Source: Octopus bimaculoides (taxonomy: Eukaryota). From it: a stretch of DNA of 64,000 nt. The first letter of the stretch is position 1, and each line of letters starts with the position of its first letter. The translations under genes and the position numbers were made by a program. Of the stretch, positions 56,032 through 64,000 are shown piece by piece. The stretch covers positions 7,359,879 through 7,423,878 of the forward strand of contig NC_068992.1 in the NCBI RefSeq assembly GCF_001194135.2, read 5' to 3'. A model generated the notes under the pieces. The model was not told the DNA's origin, ran no database searches, and worked only from the letters and a program-made list of their open reading frames with translations.

Positions 56032-57015
56032 GATTCAATTCAACTAAGAAAATTCATTCATCTAAGAAAATTTCTCAAGGCAGTGCTCCAGCATGGCCAC
56101 AGTCTAATGACTGAAACAAGTGAAAGATAAAAGACAGTATATAATACTATCTTCAATAGCAATCAAGTATGACTTCTACCGCATCTTTAAATAATGGTTT
56201 TATGTGTAGATGTAGCCATCAGCAAACACCTCTTAACTCTTCACCTAACTAAACATTCAAAGCATGGCAGCACTTGAGTAATTTTAAAATTCTTCTTCTT
56301 TCTTTTTTATTTATGGTAGTACATTAGTTTATTGATGCACCAGCTTTACAGAGGATCTAGTTTCACTAGTTTCATGTTTTAAGACTCATCATAGATTGCT
56401 TACGATGCCTCTCAACTGTCAAAGTTAACAATATATCTTCTTATGAAATACACAAACTCAATACCACTGACATAAAGAAATTAATATGATGGAATAGCTC
56501 CAGAAGTTTATCCATAGATTATATTTTCTTAGCAAACAAATACAGGTTTATATTGTATGTGATTTCTTGGCTGTCAGCCTTGCATCATTATGTAAATAAT
56601 AATATTTGCATTTGTAATAGGTTCTTTACATTATTCATAAGAGTCTTTATTCTTCTTCACTTTGGCAGCTGAGAGGTGAGATAAGCAATTTCTTATGAGT
56701 ATTAAGAAAAACCAAAGGGCATCATTTACTTTTTGCACATAAAGGTAGCTGCATATATGTTTGTTTGTATGTGTATGTATATATAATTTATGCATATCTG
56801 TGTGTGTACATAAATAAATATATATATATGTGTGTATGTGTGTGTGTGTGTGTGTGTGTATAGTGTATGTGTGCATGTACTTATACATGTGATATATATA
56901 TATATATATATATATACATATCGATATATATAATTGCTAAAGAGGACAACAAACGTTAAGGCAAGGCAAATATCTCAAGTCATATACATTATTATTATTG
57001 GAAAAATAATTCAAA

Positions 57016-57071
57016 GTCTTACAGCTGTTTCTGGGATATCCCAGAGTATGTGATATTCCATCATCAGAGAC
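57016..57071 (-). ncRNA. Minimal type I hammerhead ribozyme motif with intact core (Penelope-type, palindromic helix III)
   Basis: Minus strand: GTCT-CTGATGA-TGGAATATC(acatactctgg)GATATCCCA-GAA-ACAGCTGT-A^AGAC. Helix I 4 bp, helix II 8 of 9 bp, palindromic ACAGCTGT helix III, GUA cleavage triplet. Confidence 0.8.
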
Positions 57072-57260
57072 AAATAGGGAAAATGAGAAGGGTATAGCTT
57101 AATGAAATGATGACAGGAGAGATGGAAGTAAGTGCAACTTCTATATGATCAGAAAGTTGAACTGTGATCGTTTATGCCTCTTTTTTCTTCCCTTTCTTCA
57201 TTTCCTTACTCCTTCTCTCCTGTCCTCTATGTCATCATTTCATTTTCTCATTTTCCATCT

Positions 57261-57407
57261 AGTTCTGATAGTGACTCAGCTATTAGAGCAAGGTCAGCAG
57301 CATAGAGGAGCTCCCAGGGGCAGCATGTCTTGAATTCCTGTTATTGCCTGGAGGACTATGATGAATAAGAGGTAGATGAGAACTGATCCTTGATGAACCC
57401 CTACTTT
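57261..57407 (-). mobile_element. RTE LINE reverse-transcriptase fragment
   Basis: Minus strand VGVHQGSVL..LFIIVLQAIT.EFKTCCPWELLYAADLALIAESLSEL (degenerate YADD motif); homologous to about 59270-59420. Confidence 0.85.
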
Positions 57408-57825
57408 TAATGTATTAATTGATTAATATTTTACAAATATTTTACAAATAATTATCTACCCTGGGTAAATAATTATAAGCTATTTTTGATTTAAGGTTTT
57501 CTTCGATTTTAGAATAAGATGATTTTATACCGAAATTTGTTCATTACATGCAACCGGTCATTGTAAAGACCATTAGTTGAAAGGACCAATGAAACAAAAC
57601 CATTTTCAAATGTGTATCCATTAAACTAATTGTATATGTTTGCAAATAACCTTGTTTTTGTTCCATTCTAAACAAAACTGTCCAACGAACGGGAGCGTGA
57701 AACTCTGAATAACAGTTTTTGTGATATTTTTGCTGCTTTTTAATAAAGCATATTGCTCTGCCTCTGGTATTCGAGTACTATTTTTTCCACCTTGTTTCAC
57801 ATTTATGTGCTTACTCTGGTATATA

Positions 57826-59832
57826 TCATCATCATCATCGTCGTTTAACATCCTTTTTCCATGTTGGCATGGGTTGGACGGTTCGACTGGGGGTCTGGGA
57901 AGCCAGGAGGCTGCACCAGGCTCCAGTCTGATCTGGCAGTGTTTTCTACAGCTGGATGCCCTTCCTAACACCAACCACTCCGAGAGTGTAGTGGGTGCTT
58001 TTTACATGCCACTGGCACAGGGGCTAGAGGGGGCTGGCATCGACCATGTTTAGATGGTGCTTTTACGTGCCACTGGCACAGGAGCCAGTCAATGCAGCAC
58101 TGGTATCGGCCACATTCAGATGGTACTTTTCATGTGCCACCGGCACTGGAGCCAGTCAGGGCAATGGGGACTGGCATCGACCATGTTTAGATGGTGTTTT
58201 TTTATGTGCCAGACAGGTGGCACTGGCATCAGCCACAACTACAATTTCCATTTGGTTGTGGTTTGATTTGATTTTGATGTTGATGTACTTGACTTAATAG
58301 GTCTCCTCAAGCACAGCATGTCATCCTACAATCCAAGGTACTTTTGAGTGGGCTGGTTATGCGACACTGGCATAGGCTACAGCTGTGATCTCACTTTATT
58401 TGCCAGGTCTTCTCAGTCACAGCACATCTCCAGAGGTCTCGGACTTTCATCATTGCCTCTGTGAGGCCCAGCGTTCGACGGTCAGGCTTCCCCACCTCAT
58501 CCCATGTCTTCCTGGGTCCACCTCTACCCCGGATTCCTTTCACTGTTTTTGAGAGTGGCACTTCTTCACACAGCTCTCCTCATCCATCCTTAGTACATGA
58601 CCATACCAGCGCAGTCGTCTCTCTTGCATGCCACATCTTATGCTTCTTATGTCCAACATTTCTCTGAGGGTGCTTACACTATGTTGTGTGTGTACACTGA
58701 CATTACACACCCAGTGGATCACGCTAGCTTCATTTCTTTCAAGCTTACACATGTCATCAGCAGTCACAGCCCGTGTTCACTGCCATAAACCATGGCAGTT
58801 CGCACACATGCATCATACAATCTACCTTTCACCCTGAGCGAGAGGCTCTTTGTCACCAGCAAAAGTAGGAGCTTTCTGAACTTTATCCAGGCTATTCTTA
58901 TTCTAGTTGCAACACTCTCTGAGCAGCCACCCCCACTACAGACTTGGTCCCCTAGATAGCAAAAGCTATCAACTACTTCTAGTTTCTTCCCCTAGAGGGT
59001 GATGGAATCAGTTTTCTGAGCATCTGCAGTGTTTATTGCCCCTGTGCATCTGCCACACATGAAAGTTATCTTCCCGGTTAATCTTCCTTTGATATTGCTG
59101 CATTTCTTATGTGTCCATAGCTTACATTGGGTACATCTTATTGAGTTTCTATCTGAAGGGGTGTGTGATATGTTCATCTTCCTACTTACTTGGACTTTGG
59201 TTTTTGCGACATTGACTCTAAGGCCCTTCAATTCTAAACCTTGCTTCCATACCTGAAATGTCTTCTCTAGTTCTGGTAGTGATTCTGCTATGAGGGCCAG
59301 GTTATCCACACAGAGGAGATCCCAGGGGCAACCTGTCTTGAATTCTAATGTTATTGCCTGGAGGACTATGATGAATAAGCAGGGACTGAGGACTGATCCT
59401 TGGTGGACCCCTACTTCTACCTGGAATTCTTCACTATACTCATTGCCAACCCTAACCTTACTAATGGGCCTGTACAGCCCTTATTAACTATTCATCAATC
59501 CCTACTTTCCACATCTCCCACCAGATAAGGGATCTGGGGACCCTGTCAAAGGATTTCTCCAAGTCCACAAAAGCTAATTATAGGGGTATTTCTTCTGCAG
59601 TTGCCGTACCAGGAATATAGCATCAGTGGTGCTTCTACCCAGCACAAAACCGAACTGCATCTCATCTAAGCAGACTCTCTCCCTAATAAGATGGGCTATG
59701 ACCCTCTCCGTGACCTTCATCACCTGATCCAGCAGTTCGATACCCCTGTAGTTATTTCTATCTAAAGCATCACCTCTACCCTTGTACCAATTGACTATGG
59801 TGCTGCTACGCCAGTCATTGGGTATGACTCTA
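57826..59832 (-). mobile_element. 5'-truncated, decayed RTE-clade LINE (RT, C-terminal region, 3' UTR with tandem units, (GAT)n tail)
   Basis: IPNDWRSSTIVNWYKGRGDALDRNNYRGIELL...MQFGFVLGRSTTDAIFLVRQLQ; VGVHQGSVLSP...; LALIAESLPELEK...LRVNVAKTK; LERNEAS...QERRLRWYGHVLRMDEESCVKKC. Ends in TTAAACGACGATGATGATGATG. Confidence 0.93.
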
Positions 59833-59846
59833 TTATTATATGTATA

Positions 59847-59896
<50 letters not shown>

Positions 59897-59962
59897 NNNN
59901 NNNNNNNNNNNNNNNNNNNNNNNNNNNNNNNNNNNNNNNNNNNNNNNNNNNNNNNNNNNNNN

Positions 59963-59996
<34 letters not shown>

Positions 59997-61049
59997 CATA
60001 TAAACATATGAAGAAATAAAGCTGAGATGAGTGAAATGACCATTCCTCACTAATTTGCTTTATTCACATTGAATTTCAATATAATTGTAATCTGCACCAC
60101 CTGAAAGTTATCAAGAAAACTTCATTGCAAAATATCCAGTCTTCTGAAAGTTATGAGGAAAGTCGAGGCATGTGAGTTATCTGAAACTCTTCTCTCTCCC
60201 CACAAAAAATTCCAAAATAATTATCACATACACATCTGAAACATTTGTAGAAAATTTCATTAAAAAATACCCATTTTTAAAAAAGTTATGAGGAAACAAA
60301 TTTGCCTGCTGGGGCACACTTGTGTAGTTATGCCAATAAGTGGATTTGTAAAATTGGACGAGTATTGATCAAAATGCTTTGCAATACTGAGTTGCGTCTC
60401 ATTACATTTTGAGTTCTATTTCTGCCTTCGTCAACTTAGTTTTTTTTTTTTTTTTAACTTTTAAAGGATTTGAAAATAAGTAACAGTCATAAAACTCCAG
60501 TCGTTATAAAGCACCTTTAACTTTCAAAACTTCTTATTTTCGGTTTAACTTATAAAATTAGTGTGTAAAAGGGAAATAAGTCCCCTGGCTTAAAATATTC
60601 AAGAAAGATAACTCTGGAAATTTATTGGTTTGTAAATTTTAGGCAAATACGTGAGTATAGTGTGAATTTTATTTTTTTGTGTTTGTTTGTTTTTAATTAT
60701 TGGTCTTGATCATGGGATTTATGGCCATGCTGGGACACCTAGACTCTAAATAAATTTTTAAAATTATTTCTCAATTTAACTGATCCCCATTTACACTGTC
60801 TCAATTCGTAAAACAGAGTTATATCTTTATTTACAATAATTCAGAGAATAAAAACATCGTTTATAAAAGTAAGCTGTGAGAAAACAGAGAAAACAAGAAA
60901 TCAGTAAAGAAATAATCGAACCAAGAGAAATAATAGCTTCACATAGAGTTATATAGAATACGAGGGATTGTGACATTATTATATCTAAAAGTACTTGAGA
61001 GTTATCTCCCTTCCGTAACATCTCTGTATGGATATTTGAACTGGTTTAC

Positions 61050-61083
<34 letters not shown>

Positions 61084-63430
61084 ATGCATGTTAAATTGGA
61101 ATTTTTTATTTCAAAGTTAATTCAAAATAACAGCGTAACATTTACTGATGGGGTAACTCGATACAGAGAGCAAAGTCAACCATTAAAACAAAATTCCTAG
61201 TCAACAAAACCATTACAACACACACACCCACACTTGCATGCTTCTGTTGTTTCCTTCTTGCAAATTTTTCTCACGAATCATTTGTCGACCTGATGTTATA
61301 GAAAACTGTTGTGGAATGTACCCTGCATTAGTATGGTACAAACAGTAACAGTGTCAGTTCACTTCAACCAAATGTCCATGAAGAGAAATTATCTCTATCC
61401 ACTATTACCCTCTCAGTTTTTGATTCACATGATCTTAAAATCATAAGTGACCTTCTTGAAATCATGAGGGAAAAACTTTAGTAAATTTCCTACAAAGGCA
61501 AACAGTGGAATCTGGGGAAACTAGTGATGGTCTGTGGCGCCATTCAGCGTATGAACGGTTCAAAGCCAAAATTAATTAGTTTGCCATGAGGAAGAGAAAA
61601 TGTCTGACGCAGCAGGTAGTAAACTTTTGTCAGAAGCTAAGGCTGAAAGTGTTAGGTCTCCCTTTGTCAAAGCAATTAATTTACTGCTCTTTTGAACTAT
61701 TTCTACATTAGTCATTAGCCCACAGCAGTGTAGTTGAAGTGTGTAAGAAGAAATGTGATTCTAACAAAGGATGTATACTCTCTTGGTAGAGCTGCAATAA
61801 ATCTTTGGTGTTTAACTATGGAGCAATCTTGAGCCACTGAACCTATGGGCAAAAGCTTCCCACCTGTGACAGTATCATCATCATTTTTTTTAGAGATATC
61901 TAGAATTACGTTATCTTGTGTATCTTTCCTTATTTAATTTGATGAAATTTGTCTGCTATTTCTAGTAGGTCCAGAAACCATTTAGAGGCTCTTAATTAAA
62001 AATTGTAAAGAACTTCTGTTAATTAATAATAGACATACAGACAGACTTACACACACACACGCACACACACACACATGAAAATTGACCACAGTTTCTGCCA
62101 ACCAAATTTCATTCACTGTAGGATCAAATCCAGGATCTTGTAAGTGCTAAACTAAATTATTAGCCCCACATGACTACACTTAATCATTTAACTTAATTAT
62201 TTGATAAATCAATTTATAAATTACTTTATATCATTATCTTCATTGTATGTCATTACTTGTGTTGCATCTTTTCTTTCAAGTCAAAATATTTTCTTCTGTT
62301 TGAATAGTTATTGGTTGCTTTTATTTTGTTATTCATTCTGGTGTAATTAACACTGTTATTATGATCTCATTATAGACAATGTCCTTGGATTCATCTTTAC
62401 TTCATCCTTTCTCTCAATTTATGTGGGGGAAGAAAAGGGAGCATTCTTCCTTATCTATCATTTACACTAATCTTTATAGCTATTTTAAACAACTTTCTTT
62501 CGAAATCGTTACTAGTTTCTCACTTAAATGCTTAGTCAGCATTACACTGTCATCATTTATCAAGAAGATATCAACTTATTTCTTACTGTTCATTCCTTCT
62601 ATGTTTAGAAATGGAGCAGAAATTGGGTAGTTTTTAGCTTCATTTAAGCAGCACTCTTTATTTCTTGTCCCAACATCATTATATTCTGTTTCATTTCAAA
62701 CTCATTTCCTCTCTCAGACTTATTCTTTTCTTTATTCATTACTTTCCCAATACGTTTAACCTTTTACTTCCTTCCTTTCTTTCTTTCATTGTTCGTAATT
62801 GCTCCAAATTATTATCTTCCTTTCTCATCTCTTGCACTCTTGGTACTCTGTGTCAGCTTCTTCTTCATCTCTTATGCTGTTCTGCTTCTCTGTCTTTCAG
62901 TTTTGTTTTTCAGGAGATACTTGGGTTCCCCAAGTATGGTGAAGACATCCTGTCGAAAAGGATGATCACACCTACATAGAACAGAGACGGTTCTATGTTC
63001 AGTATAACAACTTTTCTACTTCTGGTTATGTGACAAAACTACAGACATGTCCGATGTTACAAAAGCATTGCTTTACCAAAAATCTAGTTGTTACATAAAA
63101 TTCCATATCATGAAACTTATTTCATACTGACTGCCATGGTGCACTGAAGCCAACGAAAATAAAAATATATTTTACACATCACAGAATTTCACATAGCTGC
63201 AAGATTTTCAGGAACACAAGCTTCTGTAATGCAGCAGATACCATTTAGTTCTTAGATTACAAAAATGTAGCATGCAACAACCATTGTTCAGATTGTATGT
63301 TTACATTAAAAAAAAACCATGCATGCATTCATACTGGCTTTGTCTTGTACCAATAATATTTGCATAAGTACAGGTTCCACATCCATGAAGTGGAACTGAA
63401 TTATGCTCTTCACAAATTTAATTCTCCATG

Positions 63431-63583
63431 AACATGACTGTGTGGTAAGAAGCATGCTTCTCAACCACATGGTTCTGGGGTTCAGTCCCACTGTGTGGCA
63501 CTGTGGGCAAGTGTCTTCAACTATAACCTCAGGCTGACGAAAGCCTTGTGGATTTGGTAGACAGAAACTGAAAGAAGCCCATC
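63431..63583 (+). mobile_element. CORE-like SINE
   Basis: ACCACATGGTTCTGGGGTTCAGTCCCACTGTGTGGCACTGTGGGCAAGTGTCTTCAACTATAACC...GAAAGAAGCCC. Confidence 0.82.
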
Positions 63584-63584
63584 A

Positions 63585-63619
<35 letters not shown>

Positions 63620-63789
63620 GTGTGTGTGTATATCTATGTATATATATATGTATGTGTGTATATATAAATATATATATATATATGTATATGTGTATATATA
63701 TGTGTATATGTATATGTGTATATATATATGTATATATATCTATATATATATACGAATATGTATATATATCTATATATATATATCTCTAT

Positions 63790-63900
63790 ATATCTGACGA
63801 AGAGCTCCGCTTGAAACATTAAATCTTTCTTTTCTTTCCTTTCCTGAGCGTCCAATAACACTGTACTTTTTCCACGTGCTCGCGTTGATTTTTTTGTGTT
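63790..63900 (+). mobile_element. Penelope-like terminal-repeat remnant with degenerate hammerhead
   Basis: CTGACGA-a-GAGCtccGCTT-GAAACATT at 63794-63820. Helix III palindrome AACGTT is broken by CpG to CpA. Confidence 0.5.
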
Positions 63901-63939
63901 CTTTTGTATTTTTTCTTGCTTGTTCATGTTTGAATCGAC

Positions 63940-64000
<61 letters not shown>

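Noticed and set aside
62914-62942. Possible terminal exon after ttttgtttttcag| reading (G)DTWVPQVW* in phase 1
   Set aside because: The acceptor is good, but there is no recognisable homology or GPI/TM tail, so it cannot be supported without transcripts. The true last exon may lie outside the window.

Overview
AT-rich, gap-ridden animal genomic DNA dense in microsatellites. The SINE/LINE complement suggests an octopus assembly (inference). Most of the window is intron of a + strand Ig-superfamily cell-surface gene of the molluscan zig-8/Dpr-like type. Two coding exons are supportable: a phase 1-1 Ig-domain exon (12116-12403) and, 28.5 kb downstream, a 24-nt phase 1-1 microexon (40963-40986) with neural-microexon splice signatures. 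The rest is transposon debris: a decayed maT/DD37D mariner, RTE LINE fragments and their 3' tails, a HERO-like RLE LINE remnant, and several tRNA-derived SINE families. Highlights: a hammerhead ribozyme motif with intact core (57016-57071, - strand); a three-copy element joining a tRNA-like head to a hammerhead-bearing tail; a candidate recursive-splicing ratchet point at 31279/31280; and interleaved inverted repeats at 47.7-49.8 kb. Nearly all ORFs in the supplied track are microsatellite or N-gap artefacts. No rRNA, true tRNA or CRISPR array was seen.
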